A stretch of DNA of 64,000 nt from assembly GCA_963924565.1 (NCBI GenBank), contig OZ004610.1, forward strand, positions 33,914,001 to 33,978,000. Direction: 5' to 3'. Position 1 is the stretch's first letter. Each line of letters opens with the position of its first letter. Below the pieces are notes generated by a model. That model was not told the origin of the DNA, made no database searches, and saw only the letters and a list, made by a program, of their open reading frames with translations. This stretch comes from Ascidiella aspersa (lineage: Eukaryota). Shown here one piece after another: positions 11,991 to 25,199 of the stretch. Made by a program: the position numbers and the translations under genes.

Positions 11991-12340
11991 CATTACCGCA
12001 ATTGTAATTCTTGCAAGTAATACGTTTCTAGAAAAAAGGTAAATTTTGTAAACTTGATCCTAATGTGCTAAAATAAATTTAAAAAATTGACAAAGATTTC
12101 CAATTTTATCTTGCAAATATCAAAACTTCCATTTGCGCAACCCTAAAGAATCCACTTTATAATCTCGGCAAATTTAACAAGCAAAAACATAACCGCAATT
12201 GTAATTATTACAAGTAATAAGTTTCTGCAAAAAGAAAAATATTGCTTAGATATATTTTCCAAATTGTATAACGATTATAATCTTATCTTGCAAATTTCAA
12301 AACTTCAATTTGCGCAACCGTAAAACAAGCCACTTTCTTT
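11991..12340 (-). repeat. Two diverged ~150-170 bp copies (period ~197 bp) spanning the splice acceptor of the RASSF coding exon
   Basis: 11991-12160 (cattaccgcaattgtaattcttgcaagtaatacgtttctag...ttatcttgcaaatatcaaaacttccatttgcgcaaccctaaa) aligns with 12188-12340 (cataaccgcaattgtaattattacaagtaataagtttctgc...ttatcttgcaaatttcaaaacttcaatttgcgcaaccgtaaa). Each copy has a polypyrimidine+AG on the minus strand (AG at 12029-12028 and 12226-12225). Confidence 0.85.
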
Positions 12341-12413
12341 ACAACAGACAAACTACTAATTGTCCTGTATAAAGGGTGCACTTCAAAACGACAAGGCGAA
12401 ACCTTAGACTAAC

Positions 12414-13020
12414 CAGCTTTCGAGGAACCTTCATTCCACAAAGGCCGCCTTCTAAGCAATAACCGCCGTCAAAGCGAGAGCCTACAAGCCCGCGCCAACC
12501 TTCCCTGCCTTTCGCCGTTGCGCGAATTTAATCTTTTTCAGCTGCCTGAGTCCCGAGTCAAATCTTCAATCGGCCGCGATTCTCTCGCTTCCTCAGCGCC
12601 GCTACAAAGCAAGCCTTCAGAAAGACCAGCAGCAAATTGCCTTTCCAGCTTTCTAAGCGGCGTATTAAGCCTAATACCTCAAAGGGACTCCGCTTAACCG
12701 CCTGGACATTCGCAATCTCCCCTCCCAGCGACAATCTAGGTCAGAAGATTAATCTCAGCTCGAAAAAAATCGCGCCGCGTCCGAGACAAACGCAATCGCG
12801 ACCCGACGCCTTCTAGAATGAATCGGATCGCCGCGCTTTCGCCGTTCGACGTGATTTCTCGCCTGCCTTTTTCTCGAAGCGCGCGCGATCCGCCGCCTAG
12901 TTTGGCGCGCCACGCTTTTTTTCCTCGCGCTTTTCGAAACGTCTGTTTCGGTCGCCCGACGCCATTGTGACGCAAGAGAGGCGCGCACCGATGTTTGGGG
13001 GAAGCACCTTGACGACGCAG
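12414..13020 (-). promoter_or_regulatory. CpG-rich putative promoter / non-coding first exon of the RASSF gene
   Basis: Among the densest CpG/CGCG stretches of the window, directly upstream of the CDS. Strong minus-strand donor CTG|GTTAGT at 12414/12413. E2F-like TTTGGCGCGC at 12901 and CRE-half TGACG sites. TSS not located. Confidence 0.5.
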
Positions 13021-16000
13021 TTCTTCAACCATCGATTTGACTTTGTTGGTTAAATAAATTGAAAGCAACGCATTTTTCAAAGAAGTTGTGGTAGGTTCGT
13101 ATCATGTTATACAAACAAAATAGCCTACAACTTTTAAACCCATTTAGTGTACGCCACACTTACACTTGTTAATTACCCATTTAGTTGCAAAAAACAAGCA
13201 TAAAAGGGAAAACTGCTCCTCGTTTAAGTAATTATTGCTTTTCTAACACAAAAAGCATACCGTTAAGTTTATCCAGGCCTTAATTTATCTGTTTTCCAAC
13301 CATTGGCAAAGAAAAGATTTTCTCAATGATATGCGAATGCTACTACCCGAATGGCTCCAGCGCGTCGACTCCGACAGTTCGGCAAATTCTTGTTTCTCGC
13401 CAAGTTTGCCGTAAAATCCTGCACCTCTATGTGGCAAGTTACATCTCTACGGCGCAAACAACTGCTCTGTGCTTTAATCTCATGTTTCGTCGCCATTAAA
13501 CGACCTTTTAACGGCCTTCACTTCCCGCAACTTACACTTCTACGCTGGCCATCGGTCAAGTCTTCAACCGGCTCCTTTTCTCAATTGCAGCGACGGCGAG
13601 GCGCTCTTAAGTGCTTCAATGGAGCTTGGGCGGTGTTACGGGAGTTCGTAATAATCGCTGGTCACCCCGTGTGTGTGGACAACATGCAATCTGCTGCCCT
13701 GTTTTACCGCGAAGCACACTTCTATCGTCGCGTTTAAACGCTGATTAAAGTTGTTATATTCGAATCGCAGCGTTAAACGTTCCACTTACGAGGCAGTTAA
13801 TTGGCAAGGTTCACCTAATTACTAAATGCAATCAGGTTCTCCTAAGTTGAAAGTTAATTTCTGCAAATGCTCACCAATTCATCAGTCGTAAGACTGTCGC
13901 CTGATTGTTGTTAAATCACCAAGATACGAAAATGATCAGATGATAATCGGTATTTATACAGAAGCGGCATTTAAATACTACTCTTACCCTAACTTGCATA
14001 CATAGTTTTACCCTAAACCTAATATCACAATGAGGGTAACGCGACCAGACAATATACTAAGGTGACAACTAAAAAGAGTGATATTTTGGTTTTAACGATT
14101 TTACCTTTATGTATGCACAAAGCTCTGGTTAAGTTGCTATTTAGAAAGTCCTACAAGTCAGTAAACCTATATGAACTGAAAAGCTTAAAACAAAATTAGA
14201 TTCATCAAAGGGACCATCATGTAATCTTTATCAACTACAGATCATAAAATAATAGTTTTGTGACAGTGGCTCCACTATGTCGATGTAAGGTTGTTTCATC
14301 AAGATCTCATGCTGTCGATAAACTTCTGTGATTTCCGTTCAAGCAATCTACATTTCCGCATTTTGCTTTATCTCTTATTCAACTTGATATATCTGCCACT
14401 CGAATAAACGCAGTAAATCTGCAATTTCTTACAACGCGTAGTTAGTACAAGTTAACGGACGTTTTTGTGCCTTTTTTATTCATTGTTAAAATGACATGTG
14501 ATGGTCAATATGTGTTATAATCGTCAATAATTTGCGCTTTAAATGAGCGGCTTTCTAAACTTATATTCGAGCACGCTGTTATTATGATTAGGAAGTAATT
14601 TTGTTTACTCAGTCAGTTTGTTTAGGAATTTAATTGATTGCTTTTCTCTACTGCACACTTCCCACCTAACGAAAGCAGACCTTGGGGGCATTTTTCGCGC
14701 CGCATTCAAAACAAGGCTTGTCCAGCCGAGCAAAGCTTGTAAACTCGCAGCCCCGCAAAGTCATAAAACTGTCTGAGTTCGCATCACACCCGTGCTTTGC
14801 AATTCATTACTGTCAACAAGTTATGGTCCAATTAGGACGTCGCGTGTATTAAGCTCAACAATAAACACAGTCTAAACTTAACGACGGTTTTCTTTATGAT
14901 GTATTTATAGCCACAATCTTTACTGCTTGATTTCCGAGTAATTTACAAGCTTTAGTTGTAATTAAATCAAGCAAAAGACCACCAAATGTAACACGGTTTA
15001 AATAAGAGTATCATCACATATCTTGCATATGAACTCTCTAGTTCTAACTTGCAATGCTGAGCAAATACTTTCATAACATTTGTATATTGCCTTCAACTGC
15101 ATAGCACAACAAACTACACCAAACAAAAATTACTATATAATAATTTATCTGTTGTTTTTTAGAACACTAATAAAGTCTGCCGCTGCTCTTCATTCTTCAA
15201 TTATAAAGCTCAGGCTAACGACAATACAACGGCGTAAGTAATAGTATACTGACATTTTATATTGGAACTCAAAATAGCACAATTTAGTGCTTTGAGTTAT
15301 TACAATATGTTGCTAGTAAACAACCTGAAAATTACTTTAACTATAGCTGTTTCGCGTTCGAATGCGAAGCTTAAATGGTATTAGACGACATTCTCTTTAA
15401 ATAAACTGTTTGTGTTCAGAACTTTGTCTAATCCTAAGACGGATACATTTTGTCGAATAACACTCTCTCGGTGTATTTACTTCTCAATGTACTGTAATGG
15501 CAAATCCTGGTAATTTCGATTACATACTTGGCCTGCAAACTTCACAAACTTAATACAAGTGATTAAATCCCCTTCATTGTGCCTCATTAAGTGCTCTTGA
15601 CATTGGGCTTACACTTTCTCTAAAACGCTTCTTGACTTGGAAGCAATTGCCGCCGAGTTGCAGCGTAGAGACAATAGAACGCTCAAAGGCTAGGATCAGA
15701 CGTTGCGGAGATAGGTTTGTTCTACGGAGAATAGCGATAAAGTCTCGACACCAAAGTTGCTTTGTAGAACCGCAACTTGTAAGGACGTGTGCGGCTTCTA
15801 TGGAAAAACTGATAAGAGCTTGGACCTTGACTTTAAGTTATTTAGAAGCGTGCTGACTTGCATAGCTTGAAACATGTTAACAATTGTAGTTATGCTGGTG
15901 CTTTGTACAAAGCAAATAACTTTGCGAACCCAAAATTCAACAAATTTCTATTTAAAACTAGATACAACTTAGATCGTGTCTTTTCAAACATTTGGTAAAA

Positions 16001-18130
16001 ACTGTCAAACTTTCACTTGAGATTTTACCGAAGCCCGCAGACAAATGCCATGGAAAAATTATTATCTGCTATTTAGCATGCTGATTTAACTAAATGTTGG
16101 AGTAAAGGTGAAATTCTACTTTATTTTACACGAAAAACTGTGTTACCAACCCAAAGTTTAACTAATGACCATTTAAAATAACTTATAAGTTTGCAAATGT
16201 TCGGTTTCAATGTTAAACTCATAATGAAATTCTAGCTGGGACACCATTCATAGATTTTTAAGCAATCTTGTGGTTTCAATAATGATTTTTAATTAGGCTT
16301 GCGTAGGGAAATATGAATAGGTAATGTTAAGTTAACATTGTCTTTACGATTCATGGCACGTTTGCGTAATAAATTCACGTTTGCCTTAATGTTTTTGTCG
16401 TCGGTTTTTTAAACACACTCGCTTACTATATTTATATAGTTATTTAAAAAAAGCGAAATATACCAAATGAAACCTATGAAAAAATATTGAATCTGTTAGA
16501 ACATCGAATCGGCTTTAGGTAAATTTAGTATAAAAACAGGATGAAAGACGGAGAAAATTACTAATATTGATCTCTAATTAGGCACACGCAAGAAAATGTA
16601 AATAAGTAATGCAGAGTCAATTTGTCCATTCTGTTCGCGACACGTTCGCCTAATAAATCCACGTAAAGATAATTTGGCGCAATTAACTTGCAATATCGGG
16701 GTGTTTGTGTTGTGTTTACTTCATAAATGTGATTTGAATGCAATATACACACAAATGGACAACATTATGCTGTTACGTCCAATGTTTTTCCCAAAAAGAG
16801 AAAACAAGTTCTCCCGAAAGGTCGTAAATCATTCGAACCGACCAGCAAACTAACGCAAGAAGCTCTAAATTTACAAATATCAAACTTTCCAGCTTCGCCC
16901 TAAAAACCACACAAACTCTGTCGTAGCTCATCTTCGCTTGTGATGTGTGTTGAGCGCCATATGGCCTTACAGCAAGTGATAGCCCTGATGTTGGAAGTGA
17001 TATCCCGGGCATATGTCACTAACACGAGTAATTGCTCTGCGCTGTCGCAGGGGAACCACCGCAAGCCTTGTCTTGTGTAATTGCTCCCCTGCTGTCACTA
17101 CAAGTGATCTCAACGGGGTTTCTCTGACATGCACACGCGTGTACTACAATGCTTGGTTGCTGCATCGATCAAACAAATGAAAAGACGATTGAATTAAAAA
17201 GCGAGAACTGCAACTGAACTATACAGACGAGGCTTTTTAATACAGACTTACTAATATCAAAAGCTTAATATATATATTGCTATTACTTCTCTTTCAAGGC
17301 ACTAGTAAAATTGTAAATTGTTAAAACCACTTTGTCTAGAAAAATCGCTAAACTGTTGTTCTTAAAACTAAAAAATGTTGCACACACAGACAAACTCTTT
17401 CGATGCGTAAACAAAAGCAACCGTGGTAAGCAAAATATTAAATACATTTCTATCTTGTGTTCCAGTAGGTTTTGCGAATATTCTATATTTAAAAAAACAG
17501 TGCTTTCATATACCTATACATATATTCAAAATCTCCATATAGTGTTTATATCCAAGCACACCTTTTTCCTTCATTAATTATGTCGTACACAACACGAATG
17601 TTGGTTTTAAAAGGTTTTTTCAAATCTTGAATGAAAGCTTTACTTCTTCTGTACAACTGCATATCGGTCATTTAAAAATATAAAGCAACCCTCTTATATA
17701 AGCACATATTTTTCGCTCATTAATTATGTCCTTGCAAGGTATGCTGCTGTGGTATTTCTGCGCGATTAGCAAAACCCCGCTGTTGGTTACACGTGTAAGC
17801 GCAGCGCCAGTCTTCCAGCAAACTGGCCAGGACCCTGGTTAATTACTAGCTTCGACAGGATTCGTTCAAACAAGCGCAGCTTGGACCTTATTGTACAAGG
17901 TTTGATGTCCAGCGCTGTGGGTTTTTCGCACCAATATTCGCACCACATGTTGTGTTGGCTTCTACCATTCGAAACGGGTAATTATAGACGAGTGGTCTGG
18001 TAAAAACTTCGGTCAGTATGCTTTCATGTTGGAATGTATATAGTCTGATCGAGTGTAACCGTATGTCAATACGATAATAAGTCCGACTTTATTAATTAAA
18101 TTGTTAGGCAGAGTGGGATATTGGTAAAAC

Positions 18131-18298
18131 ATTATATGGTTTAATGTTGAATTTTTTGTCCGGTAAGGCAAAATCGGTATATTTATGCAATTGACGAAGT
18201 TCGACAATTTGTTAATTGTATGGTTTAATGTTAAGTTAATTTATTTTCGATGGAGCATTATATCGGTGTATTAGGCGAATGACAAAGTTCGACAATGT
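18131..18298 (+). repeat. Degenerate ~90-bp tandem duplication
   Basis: tatggtttaatgtt...atcggtatatttatgcaattgacgaagttcgacaat is repeated as tatggtttaatgtt...atcggtgtattaggcgaatgacaaagttcgacaat. Confidence 0.75.
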
Positions 18299-19054
18299 CT
18301 GAATGGTCTAGCGAAAAAAAATTATTAAATCGACCAGTTTATGATTTGTTGTCACAATATGTTTAGCCTATCCCACAAATCGATTACGAAATTAATTCAC
18401 GATGTTGAAATATAATAATGATAGAGCTAAGATTTTGTCTTATAGTAAATCAATATGTTGCTTGATGTTATTTTTTTGTACTTTCGCCCTTTAGGGTATC
18501 ACTAGTATCGTAATGTTAACATAAATGAACAGAACGTTTTACTTTTTGCCCAGCCACCGTTTGAATTATCTCGACATAGCCTCAAGGTCAAGGCGATTTA
18601 ATTTCGAAACATTATAGCCTTGTGTTCAATACACCTGTCTATTAGGTTTCCTAACGGCAGAGTTTAATGTTAGCAGGCAAAATTTCACATGAAAACGTAA
18701 GGCGACATAAATCAGAGGTACGTTGAAATATATTACTGAAGCTATGTTTGATGCTGGCGTTGCATAGAAAGCGGTCTCACCCCTTCCATTGTCCGGGGTA
18801 TGAAAAAGTCAGAAGACGTCATAACGTGTCGTCACAAAAAACGTAAAAACAAGCCCGTCAATGAAAGTTTGTAGTTTAAAAATGAATTTTTATATTAAAA
18901 TGACCGTAAACATTTCCACGCAGCGCGAAAAATGTCTTTATATCGTTTAATTTGCCAAAACTTTCATTTAATGAAATAGGTCAAGACATACCAGGAATAA
19001 AAAGTCGATAATTTGTGCATTTACGTAGTTAAAATGGTCAAAAATACAGTTTTG

Positions 19055-19088
19055 GAGGGCAATGGCCACACCCCCTGGATCCGCCCCT
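19055..19088. mobile_element. Isolated GC-rich TIR remnant of a (PIF/Harbinger-like) MITE
   Basis: ggccacaccccctggatccgcccct resembles the common ...CCCCCTGGATCCGCCCCT end of invertebrate MITEs; partner end not found. Confidence 0.4.
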
Positions 19089-19667
19089 AAACCTTAGCAT
19101 ATATTTTTTCTATTATAACCCAGTTTTCATTTCACATAAAACACGCGGTGGTCCGCAACCTAATATCTCGTCAAGGTCATTTATCTTGGTGGTTTGACCT
19201 CTGCAGCGACTTTCCGCTTTACACGCGATCGCGACCTTCCGCCTACATATATTCATGCGCCAACAAACAAGCATTGTGTTGTCATATACGTCACGCGTCG
19301 TTTAGCTGACCAAGCTTTAAGGCTAAGAATCCAACCGCTGCAAATAAATCTGTCAGCCAGTTGTCATGGATATAAGCCGAAAATGAATTCTGTCGTGATA
19401 TTGTTTAATTTGTGACTTGTTGAACTTAAGTCTTATTGAAATGCCCTCAGGTTGGGACTGGGTATTCAATTAAGGGTTTATTTTAAATTTTAAACATATT
19501 GTTAAACCTTCTCAATATTTTAAAGTGGAAGTTGTTTGCCTCTTGCTGGGTAGTACATACCTGCAGAAATAGCGCATGTATATGTTTAGGAAATCTATAA
19601 CCTTTTTCAGCTGATTTTTCTGTCTTTCGATTTCTCAAAAACGTGTTTCTTGTACAAGGTTCAGTGG

Positions 19668-19746
19668 ATCATTGGGTCGCCAAGCCTTTCTGTTATACTT
19701 TGGCTTAATATTTCTATCGCCGCCAAAATGAAGTTGATAAACACTG
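19668..19746 (-). mobile_element. hAT (Buster/Charlie-type) MITE end
   Basis: attgggtcgccaagcctttc...cgccgccaaaatgaagttgataaacactg followed by tttTAaac. Reverse-complement homologous to 40134-40200. Confidence 0.6.
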
Positions 19747-20337
19747 TTTTAAACGTTGTGCATTTTGGGGGATGATTGACGTTTTGCAAGTTTCAAACTG
19801 AGCAGTGCTGCTATACGTTGGCGCCATTCCAAGGCGGCTTAAGCCTAAACCCTGGCAATATAAACTATAGGACCGAAACATTGAAACCACTCACGCTAAG
19901 CAGCCCGTTTGACGTAAACAGTAATGCGCGAGATTACCTATATTAACGTGTGGGAGCTAACAAGGCGTAAAAGTTAGTAGATGCGCACTTGACGCGTTGC
20001 TAGATAACTTGATCTGTTTCGTTGCACGCGTTTTAATCAGGCGAAATGCGTGCGCGGTTTTGGGGTTGCATGCACTAGTTTCTGCTAAAGCATAGTCTGA
20101 AAATAATTTCAAAGTTTGAAAGCATACTAACTTTACCCAAGGAACTATTTTAACTGGACAACTTTAAATCATTTCATAAATCTTTTTGTGTCAGCTGGTG
20201 CAGTTTTATAATGTGAGTTAAAAAGCCAAGGCACTTTTCAAAGGTGGAGGAATAATTTTTTTTAAGGGATTAGTTAAGGATTTTTTACAAAGTAATATAA
20301 AGTACATTTTTACGCCTAAATAAAACAAAATAGGTAC

Positions 20338-21528
20338 AATGCCTAAGAAGTATCGTAAATGTCGTTGTACCAACAATATACTACAACAATTGCCATAATT
20401 ATAAGAGGTTAGACAAGGTTATATACAGAAGCAGGTTAAATGTAGTAGTTTAGGTATAAGTTTTTCTTTCACAGCCACAACAAAATCTTACGCTTAACAT
20501 ACGTTTATGTATAAGAATTCAATCGAAAAAGTTGCTTTAGAAGTCCAAACTTTAAGGTAAGCCTCGAAATTTCCTTCCAATATTTGAACGAACACACCCA
20601 ACATCTTACCCCAACCCCCTGCAATGCAGCCCCATGGGGTTGGCGTGCTAACCAGAACACATCCCAACCAGCTATTAGAAGTCTGTCCGTTATCGAGATC
20701 CCTGCTACGATATACCCAAGGCGTATGACGTCAATTCAAGGCTAGTTGGTCTCCTTTAAATAACAAACCCGGCATTAGAGCCAAAAGCTGGTTTAAACAG
20801 GCGTGAAAAGCGCAGTGTTTTTTGCGGCCTGTTCCAGCGCGTGCCAGGCTCGCTTTGTTTTTTTGTCTTTGTGTTTCGCGAAACCGCCTGGTTTTGCTGG
20901 AGATTAGGTTTCGCCAGGCAAACTGTAGGGTTTTATCTAATTACTTGGCTCTTCTGCGAACACTGGAAGCGTCAAATAACCGAATATTTCGCAGGTGAAG
21001 TATTTCGCACATTTGACCTACTTGCAGATGATTTGCATTCCTCCGGTTATTCTGATTTCAGTGCGCTGCACAAAAAAACTAAACACAAAAATCTTGGACG
21101 TTTAAATTCCAAACTTTCTAAAAAAACAAAATAACGTACATGTTGTACCTCTTGATAATTGTACCTTGAAACAGTATGGTGTCAAAAGGTCAAAATAGCA
21201 TTAAAACCGCTGATTTACTATATGTTCCATCCCCACTAAAGAATTTAAAACATAAACACAAGGGTTTTAACGGTTCGACCATCTTGTTAATAATCCCAAA
21301 AAATACATTAAAACCGTTGATTTACACCAAAACATTCCGATCTTGGAATATAAAAACACATACCTTTAACGGTTCTAACGTGTTGAATTTGTTCAATATC
21401 AGTGGAGAATACAATAGTAGAACTGAAATCACACAGTGCCCTGCGAAAATGCCTAAACATTAGAAAATGCCGTTAACAATCTAATACAACAATAACCATA
21501 ACTATAAGAGGTTAGACAAGGTTATATA
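20338..21528 (+). repeat. Pair of ~85-bp direct repeats ~1.1 kb apart
   Basis: 20338-20425 and 21448-21528; both start aatgcctaa and end with the identical 26-mer tataagaggttagacaaggttatata. Confidence 0.85.
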
Positions 21529-21569
21529 ATTCGGTTTTGATTTTATCCTACTCTTTTAAAAGATATATT

Positions 21570-22419
21570 AATTATTAGGTAAAAACGAAATCCCCGGCGT
21601 TGCCCAGGAATAAAATAGTATTATTCTACTTCGTATTTTAAAATCTTGCAAACTTTAACGGTTCGACCATCTTATTAATATTCCCCCAAAACACACTGAA
21701 ACCGCTGATTTACACCAAAACGCCCCTATCCAATACTATCCAGCCAATGTTTAAATCAATGGTACAAAGAGTTAGCTGCGTTCGCGAGAGCTCTGTCAAC
21801 TAAGGGCTCGAGCTAATGGGTCAGAATCTACGCGCTGTGGTTGATGACAGAATTCGACATTTCGTCGACAGATCGCCAGACTCTCTCCGACACAAGAACG
21901 TGGATTATGTTCGCAACATGGTTTTATATCCCGGCTTATTGGAATGTTGTCAGTCAACGCTTAAAAGCTGCAAAGTGTGCATCTGCATTCGCACGATTTT
22001 TGCCGAACGTGCCTTGTGCCTGGCTGATGTCTTGGCTTGGGGTATATTCTTTTTCGAGTGATGAAACGCAAAAAATAGCGGCGATCAAAATATTTGTTAA
22101 ACGTCATAACATATTCAAGAACAAAAAATTTTCAAATACCGCATCTTGCTTTTTTTTAAATAAACCGACCAAATTACTATTTTTCTGTTCAATAGCTAAA
22201 AAAATACATTCATACCATGTCTTGGTTGGGATATGTTTTTCGAGTGATGAACCACATAAAATAGCAGCGATCAAAATATTTGTAGAAAGTCATAACATAT
22301 CCAAGAACGAAAATTTTTCAAATACCTCGCATTTTTATATACCTCGCATTTTTTTTTTTATATTCCGACAAATTTTTCTATTCAACAGCTAAAACGGACA
22401 TTCTTCAACTATAGAGATT
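21570..22419 (+). mobile_element. Probable non-autonomous Helentron/Helitron-associated (HINE/DINE-like) element with internal tandem duplication
   Basis: 5' subterminal palindrome ccccggcgttgcccagg followed by aataaaa (21592-21615). Internal ~190-bp tandem duplication (22028-22211 / 22218-22403). 3' end acattcttcaactatagagat. Segment 21652-21722 is also duplicated at 21266-21333. Confidence 0.5.
22028..22403 (+). repeat. ~190-bp tandem duplication (2 copies)
   Basis: tgtcttgg..tttttcgagtgatgaa..aaaatagc.gcgatcaaaatatttgt..gtcataacatat.caagaac.aaaa.ttttcaaatacc..ttcaa.agctaaaa..acattc occurs twice; visible as a repeat in spurious ORF 21841-22392. Confidence 0.9.
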
Positions 22420-23044
22420 AACAAAAATGCAATGTATGTACTATGTACAGGTAAAAACACTCGGTACAACATTTTCTTAGAATGATTCTCGTACTAAGAA
22501 AAGCGTGCTATTATTTATTATAAGTTTAGCGCTTACTTCTACAAACGTTCCTATATGGGCTTTTGAAGCTGTTGAACCGATTAGCTTCAGAAATTTAACT
22601 TAGAATAGCGCTCAATTATGTTTATTCAACGTCAAATATTACATATAACTTAAAATGTTTTATAAAGTTATTTTATCTTCTTATTATACACGTTTTTTAA
22701 GTTGGGCGCATATTTTAAAAGATATTTCGGATTTCGTATACAACATTCTAAAGAGATGCAACATACTACAATGGTACCGGTGGTTCAATATATAAACACA
22801 GACCCGAGTTAGATATGGAATTTAAATGAAACTGCAATTTGTATTAAAATCCTGACAAGCATTCGCACAACAGTGCTTTATTTAGTCAAAGTAAGAGAGA
22901 AACTTCATGAAGCACGGTTTGTTTTGAATTACACAAATACGGCTACAAACAAAGATAAATTAGATCGTACGCGTACAAAACTACAAAAATGTTTGCCCTT
23001 CACGTTTCACTACAATAGGTTCCACTTTTTTAAACAGAAAAGTT

Positions 23045-23276
23045 TACGATGTTGTAAGAATATCGATGGCTATACAGAAGTAGGTTTTTTTTTAACGTTG
23101 GTTATTCAAAACGTTCACGAAATGCTTCCTACTTTTGCATGGGATTTGATATTCATTACTAACTACAACCTCCTACCATTATCTTAAGATTTATTCAAAA
23201 TGATAAAAAAATTTCTACCTACTTCTGTATGGGATTTGATATTATTACTATAACCTCCAACCATTATTGCTCTAAA
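23045..23276 (-). mobile_element. Foldback-type MITE family A (partial forward subunit + two inverted subunits)
   Basis: gtaagaatatcgatggctatacagaagtagg, then cctacttttgcatgggatttgatattcattactaactacaacctcctaccattatcttaaga and cctacttctgtatgggatttgatattattactataacctccaaccattattgctctaaa. Confidence 0.8.
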
Positions 23277-23894
23277 GAAAAGTTTCTAGGTAAAACCTTA
23301 ATTCCATCGCGGATCTGGTATTCGTCAAACACTTCGGGCGAGCGAGCTAAGGCAAGTCGAGCTGTATTAGGAGAAGTCAGAGTCAAGTACGCGCGGTTTC
23401 TTTTACAGCTAATTGAAAAGCAGGTCTGTAATTTCACCCGACTGCCAATTGAGTTATAGCAAGTCATAGCAATCCAGCACTAAACACAACACAACTAAAT
23501 GGAACTAAGTGTCCTTAAATAGTTGCCTGGATTTTCACTTCAAATGACACGATGTTGACTAAGATTTTTCTGGTTTCGATATCGGTAACATGTTCCCACA
23601 CTCTTTGTGAAATCATAAGTTTTAGATTACTGAAAAAAGTATACTTTGCAAGAAAAACGGGTGGTCCAAAAAAAACAAAAGATTCATAGTACTTTTGCGT
23701 ATACTATCTTCATTACTGTAGTCTTATTAAGCGTTTATGTTTGATATACTGCACTTTTGAATATTTAATGATAGCTAAGATTTATCTAATCATGGTATAT
23801 GTAAAGTTGTAGAATATTTTTATGAGCATAGGTAACATGCAATGTAGTATAATATCGCATTTTATGAACGTCATTTAAAACCTCAAACGCTATG

Positions 23895-24118
23895 AAGTTT
23901 TAAATGCGATATAGAAGTAGGTAGCATTTTAAACGTTTTTAATATAAATGTTAGACGCAGGAATTTAAAATCCCATATAAATGAACGTAATTTTTTTTTC
24001 AAAATTGAACAGAAGCTGAGGTAAGATTTCAAAAGTTTCGAATATCTCTGTTAAAAATTAATAAAGAGGTATTCGAAACTTTAAAAATGCTACCTACTGC
24101 TTTATAGCATTTAAAACG
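23895..24118. mobile_element. Foldback-type MITE family A, palindromic variant
   Basis: ttttaaatgcgatatagaagtaggtagcattttaaacgttt is inverted against aaactttaaaaatgctacctactgctttatagcatttaaaa, with the family core aataaagaggtattcgaaac. Confidence 0.75.
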
Positions 24119-25142
24119 TGTTTCAAGTTTGAGTCAGTCTTTCTGGAATATCGCCACCCGGTAAACTTATTTCATCAGCTTCGCTTTTCTTGACTTTTCT
24201 CGCGTGGGGCCTCATTAGAGTTTCAACACTTTCAACTTTCAAACGACCGCTGTTGCCTTGAAGTTCAACCCTGGCACCAAGATAGGCATCTCTGTTCGTG
24301 AAATCAAAGAGGGGCATTACACCCCTAAAATATTGTAAAAGAAGCAAAACAAAACTCTCCGCTGTGATTTTAGCTATTTAAACGTTGCTCTGAGTTTTAT
24401 TTTCTTGTGTGTTTAAGGGTTCTGCGTGTTAAAGGATCATATTCTGTTTGTAGTATTTTATTTCATCCTACCCCCCTTTTATTTTATCTTTGCGATCCAA
24501 ATTCACCCATTACCCACTCCGAGCCAAGTTCACGGGTATTTATAAAACCAACATAGTCTTCACCTCTGGGTCAAATCTCACCCAAGGCGGTTAGGAGTAG
24601 GCTGGGGCGACGACAGACGTACGAAAGTGTCAAGGTATTGAAATGACGCCAACATATTGCGTAAAAACCCTAGGTAAGGCAGCTTTGTGGTAAAACAGGA
24701 TACAGACCAATTGCTGTGGAAAGATTTCAAAATTTTAACGCTTGCTTTATAACAGAAAACTATTTTTAATTTTTTGCTTGATTAAAGGACAAAACTTTCT
24801 TTTAATGTAAAAACAAACATTTACGGTATTAAAGCTTATTACAAACACCACATTTTTAATTTTTGTTATTTTATCCTACTAAAGTAGTTTAAAGTGCTGC
24901 TTCAATCGTCATATTAAGTGTTTTTCATATGTGAAACAAAAACACAGTTTTACCAGTAGTATAACAACGAAGTGTTCTCTCAATGCAAAAATACATTTAC
25001 ATTTTTAAAGCTTATTAAAATAAACAACATTTTTCGATTTTTTTTTAATGTAACACAAAAACAGTTTTACCAGGAATATCACAACAAAACGCAGCTTACA
25101 ATTATAAGAAATATTAAAAAAACAATTTTACAATTGTAAAAA

Positions 25143-25199
25143 TATTCTTGCCGAAAAGATAATTTTACAATTTTAAATTACTTTCTTCCGGCAAGAATA
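25143..25199. repeat. Short inverted repeat / hairpin
   Basis: tattcttgccg (25143-25153) and cggcaagaata (25189-25199) are perfect 11-bp arms with additional imperfect inner pairing. Confidence 0.7.

Noticed and set aside
12416-12697. ~93-codon stop-free plus-strand frame upstream of RASSF
   Set aside because: No start codon, no domain similarity; expected in GC-rich promoter DNA.
21841-22392. 183-aa ORF with internal repeat
   Set aside because: Arises from a non-coding 190-bp tandem duplication; F/K/I-rich AT-biased composition.
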